Assembly (NCBI GenBank): GCA_016763075.1
Contig: JAESUM010000038.1
Span: 8,571-72,570 of the forward strand
Length of the DNA stretch: 64,000 nucleotides
Source of the DNA: Pseudomonadales bacterium
GTDB taxonomy: Bacteria; Pseudomonadota; Gammaproteobacteria; Pseudomonadales; JAHRWD01
Reading direction: 5' to 3'
Part shown: positions 10,291 through 19,527 of the stretch, piece after piece
How positions within the stretch are numbered: the stretch's first letter is position 1
How the letters are laid out: each line of letters begins with the position of its first letter
Made by a program: the position numbers and the translations under genes
Notes under the pieces: model-generated
What the model saw: the letters and a program-made list of their open reading frames with translations, nothing else
The model's database searches: none
What the model was told of the DNA's origin: nothing

Positions 10291-12249
10291 ATGAATAATT
10301 ATTTACGTTTTATACTTAGTACCACCTGTCTTGCAGGATTGCTGGGGATGGCCTTTCTATTGTATGTGGATGGTTTTTCTGGCCCGATGCTATTGGATGA
10401 TCGAGGCAACTTAGGTGGTGCTAAACTACATAGTCTTGATTGGTATTCGCTTCTTCATGTGGTAACGCACAATTTCAGTGGATTATTCGGGAGAGGTGTT
10501 TCTTCGTTAAGCTTTGGTTTAACGCATTACTTCCATGGATTTGGTACTTACTACTACAAGTATCATAACTTCATGATTCATTGCCTTACTTCTTTAGCAC
10601 TGTTCTATTTGGGTTTTAGGCTGCTATTGCTTACAAAATTGTCCAAACAGGCAGTCTCTATTGCGGCGCTATCTGCCTTTATATGGTTGATTCATCCCCT
10701 TCACGTTAGTACCGTCTTATATATAGTTCAACGCATGGCACAACTGAGCGCGTTGTTCACAACTTGTACGCTAATTTTCTATGTGGTCGGTAGAGTCCGA
10801 ATAGAAGACGGTAAAAGATTTGGCGTCAGCCTAATTATTGTTGGATATCCCATTTGTTTGGCCTTAGCCCTTTTATCTAAAGAAAATGCTGCGTTGTGTA
10901 TTTTATTTACGTTTGCAATTGAATGTTTCTTTTTTATGCCTAAGAGTAGTGACCGACCCTCTGCTCCTCATAGTGTTGAATGGAATGCTGAAAGGCATCT
11001 CGTATGGAGAAGGTGGTTTATACGAACACTCTTCGTCATTGTTCCTGCAGTAATAGGGATTGTAGGTTTAATATATAAGCTCGATTCACTTTTGGTGGGC
11101 TACGAAGCAAGGCCATTTAGTCTATACGAGCGAATACTTAGTCAAATACACATACTGTTTTATTATATTCAACTAATTTTATTGCCTAACTTGTCGGAGT
11201 TTTCGTTGTATCACGATGATTTCCCTATAATTCGAGAATTTGGCTGGGGTACTTTTGTTCGTCTCGCCTCAGCAATAGGGGTCTTATCTTTATGTGTGGT
11301 TTCCGTCGTACATAAAAAACGTAGCATGATGTTATTTGGTGTTGCTTGGTTTGCGATCGCTCATGCGATGGAATCAACAATTTTACCCCTGGAAATGATA
11401 TTTGAGCATAGGAATTATTTAGCCCTTTACGGAGTATCACTTTCGTTATCGATGTTGTTGATCGTTTATATACCGAAAGTGGTAAAACTGAAATGGTGTG
11501 GCCAGTTGGCTGCAGGCGGGTTTTGTATTGTTTGTATGTTTGTACTGAGCGTGCGAGTAAGTACATGGGAGAGCGCTGAGAAGCTTACGTTGGTGAACGT
11601 TATAGATCACCCTAAATCAGCGCGAGCGCATAATGCCAGGGCGAACCTACTTGCTCGATATGGGCGAACTGATAGGGTGCTGGAACATCTAAATATTGCC
11701 TATAAACTTCAACCATGGAATTCTGGAGGGGCAATCCATATACTGTCCGCGGCGTGCGTTTTCAAAATACTTACCCCAGAAATAAAAGAACAGGCGATGA
11801 ATGCAACCCAGGGAGCATATTTGACCGCGTACACATGGTTAGCGACCGAAAATTTGATTGGAAATCTTGAAACTAATCGATGTGATCTAAAGAGTGAAGA
11901 AGTGTTCGCATTGCTAGATACCTTAGGGGTTGGAGTGAATTCCGACAATGAAATCGGGCAGTCGAAAAAAGCATTTTTCACGGCACGATATCACCAATTG
12001 CTTGGAGATGTAGAAAGTGCCAGTCATTCCTATGATAAGGCTATTTTAGGCGATCCTAAGACAACTGCATATGCAGTGTACAAAATTCGTTTCCTCATTG
12101 AATATGAGCGCTTTGAAGAAGCTAAAGCTGAAATAATGTTGCTGATAGAAAAAGATAAAGACTCCATTCGCGATGAAACCACCATCGTACGCTCCCTTTT
12201 AAGCCAATTGATAAGTGCAAAGTTGGCCGCAACTGATACCAAGAGTTAA
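10291..12249 (+). CDS. GT-C fold glycosyltransferase, TMTC/PMT-like, with a C-terminal TPR array
   Basis: The N-terminal two-thirds is polytopic. A DD motif follows TM1 (GPMLLDDRGNL), as in PMT/TMTC enzymes. There is an EHRNYLALYG motif like the DUF1736 region. The C-terminal ~200 aa has TPR-like helical repeats. Confidence 0.6.
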   Translation: MNNYLRFILSTTCLAGLLGMAFLLYVDGFSGPMLLDDRGNLGGAKLHSLDWYSLLHVVTHNFSGLFGRGVSSLSFGLTHYFHGFGTYYYKYHNFMIHCLTSLALFYLGFRLLLLTKLSKQAVSIAALSAFIWLIHPLHVSTVLYIVQRMAQLSALFTTCTLIFYVVGRVRIEDGKRFGVSLIIVGYPICLALALLSKENAALCILFTFAIECFFFMPKSSDRPSAPHSVEWNAERHLVWRRWFIRTLFVIVPAVIGIVGLIYKLDSLLVGYEARPFSLYERILSQIHILFYYIQLILLPNLSEFSLYHDDFPIIREFGWGTFVRLASAIGVLSLCVVSVVHKKRSMMLFGVAWFAIAHAMESTILPLEMIFEHRNYLALYGVSLSLSMLLIVYIPKVVKLKWCGQLAAGGFCIVCMFVLSVRVSTWESAEKLTLVNVIDHPKSARAHNARANLLARYGRTDRVLEHLNIAYKLQPWNSGGAIHILSAACVFKILTPEIKEQAMNATQGAYLTAYTWLATENLIGNLETNRCDLKSEEVFALLDTLGVGVNSDNEIGQSKKAFFTARYHQLLGDVESASHSYDKAILGDPKTTAYAVYKIRFLIEYERFEEAKAEIMLLIEKDKDSIRDETTIVRSLLSQLISAKLAATDTKS

Positions 12250-12266
12250 CCGAGTATAGGATCTAT

Positions 12267-13115
12267 ATGGATACATTGAGCATAGTTTTACCTGCAAAAA
12301 ATGAGGAGTATGGACTTGGTATAGTGTTGCCGGAGCTCTGTGAAAAATTCCCCGAAGCTGAGGTGATTGTAGTGGACGACGGCTCTACAGATCGAACCGT
12401 AGAAATTTGCGAAAAATTCGGCGTGAAGGTCATTTCACACCCTTACTCAATTGGTAACGGTGCAGCAGTTAAAACCGGGGCGAGACATGCCAGCGGTGAA
12501 ACACTAGTATTCATGGATGCTGATTCGCAGCATAAACCGTCTGATATCCAAGCATTGTTGCTGAAAATGGATGAAGGATTCGATATGGTCGTTGGTGCTC
12601 GTAGTAATTCATCGCAAGCAACTTTTGGCCGGTTGGTAGCAAATAAACTGTACAACAAAATCGCATCAATGGTTGTAGGGCATAAGATTAAGGATCTAAC
12701 TTCGGGTTTTCGTGCCGTTAAGGCCTCCAAATTTAGAGAGTTTTTATATCTTCTTCCTAACGGATTTTCATACCCGACTACATCTACAATGGCATTTTTT
12801 CGCAACGGTTATAGCGTCGCTTATCATCCGATTCACGCTAACCAACGAAAGGGAAAAAGCCATATAAATCCGATGCGAGAAGGACTTCGTTTTCTACTTA
12901 TTATCGTTAAAGTCGCTACTTTGTATTCACCGCTAAAAATATTCGCACCGGCTGCGCTCATGAATTTGGTGATGGGTTTGGGTTTATATAGTTATACCTT
13001 TATGACGGAAGGCCGCTTCACTAATATGTCGTTGCTGCTTTTTATGGGGTCTATATTGATTTTTATATTTGGCTTATTGGCGGAACAAATTACAACATTA
13101 ATGTATAAAAAATAG
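12267..13115 (+). CDS. GT2 polyprenyl-phosphate glycosyltransferase (GtrB/ArnC/DPM1-like)
   Basis: LSIVLPAKNEE..., VIVVDDGSTDRT and FMDADSQH (DxD-type) motifs, plus two C-terminal TM helices as in GtrB-type enzymes. Confidence 0.8.
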   Translation: MDTLSIVLPAKNEEYGLGIVLPELCEKFPEAEVIVVDDGSTDRTVEICEKFGVKVISHPYSIGNGAAVKTGARHASGETLVFMDADSQHKPSDIQALLLKMDEGFDMVVGARSNSSQATFGRLVANKLYNKIASMVVGHKIKDLTSGFRAVKASKFREFLYLLPNGFSYPTTSTMAFFRNGYSVAYHPIHANQRKGKSHINPMREGLRFLLIIVKVATLYSPLKIFAPAALMNLVMGLGLYSYTFMTEGRFTNMSLLLFMGSILIFIFGLLAEQITTLMYKK

Positions 13116-13187
13116 CTTTTTTCTCTACACACATTCTTGATGCTTAAGCGAAAAAATGAATGGTGTTAAAACAGCGCGATAACGTAT

Positions 13188-14594
13188 ATGCAATTTGATT
13201 CTCTAATTTTTTTGTTGTTTTGCTTGGTGGTAATGGGTGGGTACCATTTATTACCTTCATGGAACTTAAAAAAAACGTGGCTGTTGTTCGTGAGTTATTT
13301 ATTTTACGCTTCGTGGCGGCCCGAGCTTACAATACTGCTTGTATTTTCCACAGTTGTTGACTGGAATGTAGCTAGGAAAATTCATAAAGCAACAAGCAAC
13401 GCCCGAAGGAAATCATGGCTTTGGGTAAGCTTGATAACCAATTTGGGTTTGTTAGGCTACTTTAAGTACGCAAGCTTTATTGATGGGAATATAGTTAGTG
13501 TAGCGAGCCTAATGGGGTTTGATGTTAACTCAACAGCATTAGATATAATCCTCCCCATCGGCATATCTTTTTATACCTTCCAAACCCTTTCATATACTAT
13601 CGATATCTATAGAAAGAATATCGAACCAGAGCAAAATATCCTGAATTTTGCTCTTTTTGTTAGTTTTTTTCCTCAACTGGTTGCAGGGCCAATCGTGCGG
13701 GCAGGCCAGTTTTTACCGCAGTTGGCACGTGAACGTAGGATCACTAAAGAGCGTTTTAGTAGAGGTGCTACACTTTTTGTTTTCGGCCTTTTTTCAAAAA
13801 TTGTCCTTGCTGATGCTTTTCTTTCACCCATTGTAGATGCGGTTTATTCGAGTGAAAATATTTCTGCAATCGATTCATTGGTTGCAATGCTGGCCTTTTC
13901 AGGGCAGATCTATTTCGATTTCTCAGGGTATACCAGCTGTGCGCTTGGTTTGGCAATTATCCTTGGCTTTACACTTCCTGAAAATTTTAAATCGCCGTAT
14001 GCTGCGAGCGGTTTCTCGGATTTTTGGGAGCGTTGGCATATTTCACTTTCGAGTTGGCTCCGCGACTACTTGTATATTTCATTAGGAGGGAATCGAAAGG
14101 GACGGACAAGAACACTCATTAACCTCATGATTACGATGCTATTGGGTGGGCTATGGCACGGTGCAGCATGGAACTATGTGGCCTGGGGCGTGTTGCAAGG
14201 CATTTATCTGCTAATTGAACATACGTTACTGAATCGTTTTCCTGCATTTCGTACTAAAATGAACTGCAGGTGGGTAAGGCTTTTAACCTTCGTTCTAATT
14301 TCTTTATCGTGGGTGCCTTTTAGATCTGAAAATTTGGATCAAACGCAGTCGATATTTTCTGGACTGGGCAATTATGGTGATGCCCTTGTCGTATCCCAGT
14401 GGCAGGTGTGTGTAACCCTTATCATCATTTCACTGATGCTCTTTTGGCAAAACATGACACGAAGCAGCAATGCACTGTCCTTATACCGCTCTTTCCCGCA
14501 ATGGTGCAAATCTCTAATACTGAGTTTTTCGCTTATTGCCATATATATAGCTTCAAAGGAAGATAGCCGTGCGTTTATCTATTTTCAGTTCTAA
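13188..14594 (+). CDS. MBOAT family O-acyltransferase (AlgI/DltB/PatA-like)
   Basis: Polytopic protein with the conserved MBOAT histidine region FWERWHISLSSWLRDYLYISLGGNRKG and LWHGAAWN. Confidence 0.85.
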   Translation: MQFDSLIFLLFCLVVMGGYHLLPSWNLKKTWLLFVSYLFYASWRPELTILLVFSTVVDWNVARKIHKATSNARRKSWLWVSLITNLGLLGYFKYASFIDGNIVSVASLMGFDVNSTALDIILPIGISFYTFQTLSYTIDIYRKNIEPEQNILNFALFVSFFPQLVAGPIVRAGQFLPQLARERRITKERFSRGATLFVFGLFSKIVLADAFLSPIVDAVYSSENISAIDSLVAMLAFSGQIYFDFSGYTSCALGLAIILGFTLPENFKSPYAASGFSDFWERWHISLSSWLRDYLYISLGGNRKGRTRTLINLMITMLLGGLWHGAAWNYVAWGVLQGIYLLIEHTLLNRFPAFRTKMNCRWVRLLTFVLISLSWVPFRSENLDQTQSIFSGLGNYGDALVVSQWQVCVTLIIISLMLFWQNMTRSSNALSLYRSFPQWCKSLILSFSLIAIYIASKEDSRAFIYFQF

Positions 14595-15639
14595 TCGAGC
14601 TAATAATTCGTGGTGGGATTCACTCTTAGCATCTGTATTGATATGTATTATCGTTGTGGCTTCGAGCGAGTTTTATTTAGGGTATCGTGGATATAGCCCT
14701 TGGGTTAGTGATAGCTCAGCGTTATGGGGTAGTCACCGCGAGCTTGCAAACAAATATACTAACCCAATTATTTTAGTTGGGGCTTCACGAATCCAGCTTG
14801 ATATCGATGTTGAGGAATTACAGCGTTTGTCCAAACGCTCTGTAGTTCAGTTAGCAATTGACGGGCAGGACGGGGTGCCGGTGCTAGAGAACCTGGCGAA
14901 CGACCCTTTGTTTAATGGGACTGTTATCGTTGCACTGCAAGAAAGCACAATTTCCAAACCGTATGTGAGTACTGGTACGGTTTCGCGGTGGATCGCCAGC
15001 TATGAGCAGCGCCATAGGGGTACGATTGCACCGAACTTAGATGCTCAACTTAACGCAATATTCCAAATTGTTTCAAACTACCATTCGATAGAAATTGGGA
15101 ACAATCAATTATTTGAGCGGATTATAAACGGTGTCCCCGGTGTAATTTATTTAAAAACCACGGTTTTAAGAGATCGTTATGCAGACTACGGCCTTGTTAA
15201 GCAACCTGACTTCTATATGGGTCGAGTATTGAGGCACCTTGGGTATGTGCCAGATAACTTCCCCCCAAATACTTTTGATGAATTTTATGAAGCGATGCGG
15301 TTCGAAATCTCTACAATAAGACAAAGCTCTACTGCTTTTTTGAGTGAGAATACAAATCGATTGGTCAGCTTAGTCAAAACCATAGAGGGTCGTGGTGGTA
15401 GCGTTATGTTCATGCGAATGCCAACGGATAAACTGATTCATACTATTGATGAACGTCGCTACCCAAAAGGTGTTTTTTGGAACGCGGTCTCTAATAGCGG
15501 TGTTAAAGCACTACATTTTGATGATATTGATGGGATAGATAGTTTTTTTCTTCCTGATGGATCTCATATGGATCAGAGTCAAAAAATAGATTTTACTAAA
15601 AAACTATTTCATGAGATTACGGCTAGATCATGGCTTTAG
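14569..15639 (+). CDS. Hypothetical protein with an N-terminal membrane anchor; possible extracytoplasmic partner of the MBOAT
   Basis: GTG start overlapping the MBOAT stop by 26 nt. One N-terminal TM segment followed by a ~320-aa soluble domain. I recognise no family. Confidence 0.5.
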   Translation: MRLSIFSSNRANNSWWDSLLASVLICIIVVASSEFYLGYRGYSPWVSDSSALWGSHRELANKYTNPIILVGASRIQLDIDVEELQRLSKRSVVQLAIDGQDGVPVLENLANDPLFNGTVIVALQESTISKPYVSTGTVSRWIASYEQRHRGTIAPNLDAQLNAIFQIVSNYHSIEIGNNQLFERIINGVPGVIYLKTTVLRDRYADYGLVKQPDFYMGRVLRHLGYVPDNFPPNTFDEFYEAMRFEISTIRQSSTAFLSENTNRLVSLVKTIEGRGGSVMFMRMPTDKLIHTIDERRYPKGVFWNAVSNSGVKALHFDDIDGIDSFFLPDGSHMDQSQKIDFTKKLFHEITARSWL

Positions 15640-15698
15640 CCATTTCTTAGATGTGTAGTTACTTACAGCTTATAACGAATGAATGATAAGAAACTCAA

Positions 15699-16829
15699 AT
15701 GCGTATTTTACTTATAAGCACATCGTACCCTAGACAAAATGATGGTACTGAAGCTGCCGGATCTTTTGTTGAAGATTTCGTATCGGCACTGTCTAAAATA
15801 GCTGAAGTAGCCGTTGTTGCACCTGGGTTTGACCAAGAATTGGTTGAATCTTGTGATGGTATTGATATCTATAGGTTTGTTTCTACGGACGCGGCGCTTT
15901 CAACCTTAAATCCATTTAATCCTCTGCAATGGCAAAAAATATTTGGGACGTTATCGAGTGGGCAAAGGTGTAGTAACAACGCGGTTAAAGAATTTCGCCC
16001 AGATCATATTCTTGCTTTATGGGCGTTGCCCAGCGGGTATTGGGCGAGAAGCGCTGGCCGGAAATATAATATCCCGTATAGCACCTGGGCATTGGGTAGT
16101 GATATATGGTCATTAGGTACCATTCCTTTTGTTAGGAAAGTTTTGAAAAGTGTATTGGTAGGTGCGCAGGTTCAGTTTGCTGATGGCTATGACTTATCAG
16201 TGGACGTAAGAACAATATCGAATTCCGAATGTCACTTTTTACCAAGTACTCGGGTGTTAGAGACACAGAATAATCGCCTCCGTGATACCTGGCCGTATAG
16301 ACTTAGTTTTCTTGGACGCTGGCATTCTAATAAGGGTATCGATATTTTACTCGATGCGTTGATGATGCTTTCTGACGATGACTGGGAAAAGATCGACTCT
16401 GTTCGAATAGAGGGTGGCGGGCCTTTAGATGAAGTGGTTCGTGAAAAAGCTACCGTACTGAGTAGGCTTGATCGACCGGTACGTATTGGTCAGTATCTCA
16501 ATCGAGATGAAGCCAAAGCGCTGCTTGTGAATACCGACTATCTGATTATCCCCTCTAGAATTGAGAGTATCCCAGTAATATTTTCGGATGCTATGCAGTG
16601 TAAGTGCCCCGTGATAGTTACGCCAGTAGGTGACCTGCCTCGCCTGCTACGTGAATACCAATGCGGTATCCTTGTAGATGACGTCACTCCGGAGGCAATC
16701 GTTGATGGGATAAAAAAAGCACTAGCAACGATGCCAATAAGTTATGAAAAAGGTTTGCTAGAGGCGAGTACGTTATTTGATATTGATAAATCAGCACGAA
16801 AATGTGTTGATTTACTCGAGAAACAATAG
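15699..16829 (+). CDS. GT4 (group 1) glycosyltransferase
   Basis: GT-B architecture with the C-terminal donor-binding region YLIIPSRIESIPVIFSDAMQCKCPVIVTPVGDL (EX7E-type). Confidence 0.75.
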   Translation: MRILLISTSYPRQNDGTEAAGSFVEDFVSALSKIAEVAVVAPGFDQELVESCDGIDIYRFVSTDAALSTLNPFNPLQWQKIFGTLSSGQRCSNNAVKEFRPDHILALWALPSGYWARSAGRKYNIPYSTWALGSDIWSLGTIPFVRKVLKSVLVGAQVQFADGYDLSVDVRTISNSECHFLPSTRVLETQNNRLRDTWPYRLSFLGRWHSNKGIDILLDALMMLSDDDWEKIDSVRIEGGGPLDEVVREKATVLSRLDRPVRIGQYLNRDEAKALLVNTDYLIIPSRIESIPVIFSDAMQCKCPVIVTPVGDLPRLLREYQCGILVDDVTPEAIVDGIKKALATMPISYEKGLLEASTLFDIDKSARKCVDLLEKQ

Positions 16830-16872
16830 TGTTGATAGGTTAGCAGTTGCGTAAAATATTATTTCTAATAAT

Positions 16873-17835
16873 CTACGTAACTTTTTTGGACGGCTTATAA
16901 TTCTTGAGATATTTTATAGCGATTGGGCCAGTCAGAAAATGAGGTGCAATCAGTAACAGCCGTTCTATAGCCGCAATTGCTATGGATAGATCCAGCGGAA
17001 TATCTACGAACACGAATAGCCCAACTAGGCTTGCATCTCTGGCACCAAGGCCCATAGGCATCATAGAGGCGATACCAGCTATACGCGAAAGCATGAAAAT
17101 TGAGGTATATAGACCGAACGACAAATCGCCGCCAAGTGCTTCCGAGACGCTAGCAAGTCTGAGTACACCAAGAGCGTAAATTACGATAGTGAATACGAGT
17201 GTATACAGTATGTTTTTCCATACTGTTGGGTACGCGGAGTTTGATCTAAAAAATGTTCCCAGCGCGTGGATTTTTGTTTTGATATTCATTTTTTTGACGA
17301 GTATCAAAACGATTAGAATGATGGTGAGGATGCAAGCCAATGCGATCAGCCACCAATGGACTGATATCTTGCTCCAATCAGTTTCGATGTGTTTTGGTAG
17401 CCAAATAAGGGTCGTGAGTATGGTTGTCGGTAGTAACACGGCATATGCGAAAATTGTTTCTATAGTCAGCCCTAGTATAGATACGTTGTACGGTATGTTG
17501 ACTAGTTTGTTCTGTAGGTAAACCCGAGCTGGGGTTTTTGCTGGGCCAGGCATAGATATTCCGGCGGTATTGGATAGTAATGTAATAGCAATAATTGCAC
17601 GTTTTGGAATATGCTGGCGGTCTGTTGCGGCCAAAGATGTATACCCGACAATTCCATCGGTGAGTGTTTGACCTAGTACGATAATTACTGAAATGACCAG
17701 TAGCTCAGGATGTACTATGAGGCTAGCCAAATACGATGGACCTAACTCGGTATTCGAACTCATTGCCAAAGTAATACCGAGCATTGTTATTACAAACATT
17801 ACGGATAAAAGTACTGCAGAGTTTTTGAATTTCAT
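16873..17835 (-). CDS. Flippase-like membrane protein (UPF0104 / lysyl-PG synthase TM-region family)
   Basis: About eight predicted TM helices. The C-terminal motif PMGLGARDASLVGLF...AIAAIERLL resembles the PGGLGxRE signature of this family. Confidence 0.55.
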   Translation of the reverse strand: MKFKNSAVLLSVMFVITMLGITLAMSSNTELGPSYLASLIVHPELLVISVIIVLGQTLTDGIVGYTSLAATDRQHIPKRAIIAITLLSNTAGISMPGPAKTPARVYLQNKLVNIPYNVSILGLTIETIFAYAVLLPTTILTTLIWLPKHIETDWSKISVHWWLIALACILTIILIVLILVKKMNIKTKIHALGTFFRSNSAYPTVWKNILYTLVFTIVIYALGVLRLASVSEALGGDLSFGLYTSIFMLSRIAGIASMMPMGLGARDASLVGLFVFVDIPLDLSIAIAAIERLLLIAPHFLTGPIAIKYLKNYKPSKKVT

Positions 17836-17969
17836 AGATTAAAGTTACTGAAATTATGGTGTTCGTTTTTATAAATGATTATGACCATGAATTACCGAAT
17901 TATAATGAATCATCTGACGTAGATAGGATAGTTCCGAATAGGGAATAATTCTTCAGGATATTAAATATA

Positions 17970-18641
17970 GTGCGCACCGAAGAAGAAAAAATCGAGAAAC
18001 AGCGGGAATCATGGGATGCGCGACAGGGCGTCTACGGTAACAGTTTGAGATCGGTATTGTTCAAAAACTTGCCCTCCTCACTAAACAATCGCCTACACCA
18101 AAAACATGTCGATTTTGTATTAAAATCACTACCTGAATGCCAGGGAAGTTTGTTGGATGTTGGATGTGGGTACGGACGAATGTCGGCTGAGGTTCAGCGG
18201 CATAAGCCTTCAATGACTTTTGAAGGAGTTGAAATATGTGCGGAATTTGCAGACAAATTTAGACAAGATTTAGGTGATTGTTATCATGGGTCGGCTGTCA
18301 GTTACGTTCCATCGGCGCAGTTTGATGTGGTTCTTATGGTTACGATTCTGATGTATCAAACTCCGGAAACCTTTTCTGAATTTCTTCACAAATACTGGCA
18401 GTCTGTCAAAGTTGGTGGAGTTCTTATCTGCGTCGAGCCGTATAGAAATATGCTTGTTCGATATAGGCAATATAATGCCTCGGAACCTCAAACTGAACAC
18501 TACTTTGAGCGTAATCAGCTGAAGGTATTGCTGTCGGCCTTGCCAAACTCTAGTGTTACTTGTCATCAGCAATTTGGGCTGCTGCCTTTGGTTAATCAGC
18601 CAGTGCTTCACCACGGGATCACTGTGTATAAGGAAAGTTAG
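17970..18641 (+). CDS. Class I SAM-dependent methyltransferase
   Basis: Motif I LLDVGCGYGRMS and motif post-II LKVGGVLICVEP. GTG start. Confidence 0.7.
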   Translation: MRTEEEKIEKQRESWDARQGVYGNSLRSVLFKNLPSSLNNRLHQKHVDFVLKSLPECQGSLLDVGCGYGRMSAEVQRHKPSMTFEGVEICAEFADKFRQDLGDCYHGSAVSYVPSAQFDVVLMVTILMYQTPETFSEFLHKYWQSVKVGGVLICVEPYRNMLVRYRQYNASEPQTEHYFERNQLKVLLSALPNSSVTCHQQFGLLPLVNQPVLHHGITVYKES

Positions 18642-18771
18642 ACGGTACGTGACAACTAGGCAGGTAGCAGGGTGGCGTATCGCAGTGAGTTTAGAGTTTT
18701 GGTTCCGAGCCGTGACCGCGCGCAAGGCTGATTGTACTAAACTTTTGAAAGATATTGAGCTGTAGTATTTA

Positions 18772-19527
18772 TTGCTAGGAAAACTAATGAAGTCACAAAG
18801 ATTTTTAAAGTTCTATCAATCTGAATCTGAGAAATATCACGGATTGCGATACGGTGGACTGTATGGGAAGTTATTTAAGACGCTGCACCATGAGGCTCTA
18901 AGTGGTTTCTTGGTACAGGCGGATAACAGCGAACCAATTTTGGAAATAGCCTGTGGTACAGGTCATACGACGGGTTTGCTGGTAAAAGAAGGTTTTGATG
19001 TTATCGCCTGCGATTTAACTCCAGGCATGATGCAGCGCGTAAGTGAGCAAACTGGCGACCAACATGAAAAGGTCTCATTTGTTCGAATGGATGCTTTTAA
19101 ATTACCCTTCCCCGATGCCTGCGTGAGTACAGTGGTATCGACACGATTTTTACATCTTTTCCCAGCTGATGAACAGGAGCTGATTATAACGGAGATGTAC
19201 CGAGTGCTAAAACCGGGAGGTGTGGTTTTAGTCGATTTCGATAGTTGGGTTCATCGTTGGTGCTGGGCGTTACCTTTTGCACTATACAATCTTCTACGGT
19301 ACCAACGGCTAGCGCCATACAGTATATATAATCGTATTGGTCGAACAATCACTATGGCTTCTAGGGTAGGGTTTTCAGATATTAAAGTAGATGGCATAGG
19401 AGGAGCTCAACTATTGCTGCCCGCGTTGATATCTGGCTCGACGGCTTTAAAGGTTGGCCGTATGCACCGCCGTTCAGTGCTTCGTTTGATTGCTGATCAG
19501 TTTATGGTTTGCGGGAAAAAATATTGA
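18772..19527 (+). CDS. Class I SAM-dependent methyltransferase
   Basis: Motif I ILEIACGTGHTTGLL, then DLTPGM and LKPGGVVLVDF. The start may be the ATG at 18787. Confidence 0.75.
   Translation: MLGKLMKSQRFLKFYQSESEKYHGLRYGGLYGKLFKTLHHEALSGFLVQADNSEPILEIACGTGHTTGLLVKEGFDVIACDLTPGMMQRVSEQTGDQHEKVSFVRMDAFKLPFPDACVSTVVSTRFLHLFPADEQELIITEMYRVLKPGGVVLVDFDSWVHRWCWALPFALYNLLRYQRLAPYSIYNRIGRTITMASRVGFSDIKVDGIGGAQLLLPALISGSTALKVGRMHRRSVLRLIADQFMVCGKKY

Noticed and set aside
18270-18725. 151-aa ORF antisense to the first methyltransferase
   Set aside because: It is a shadow ORF overlapping a gene with clear SAM-binding motifs, and its sequence shows no family features.
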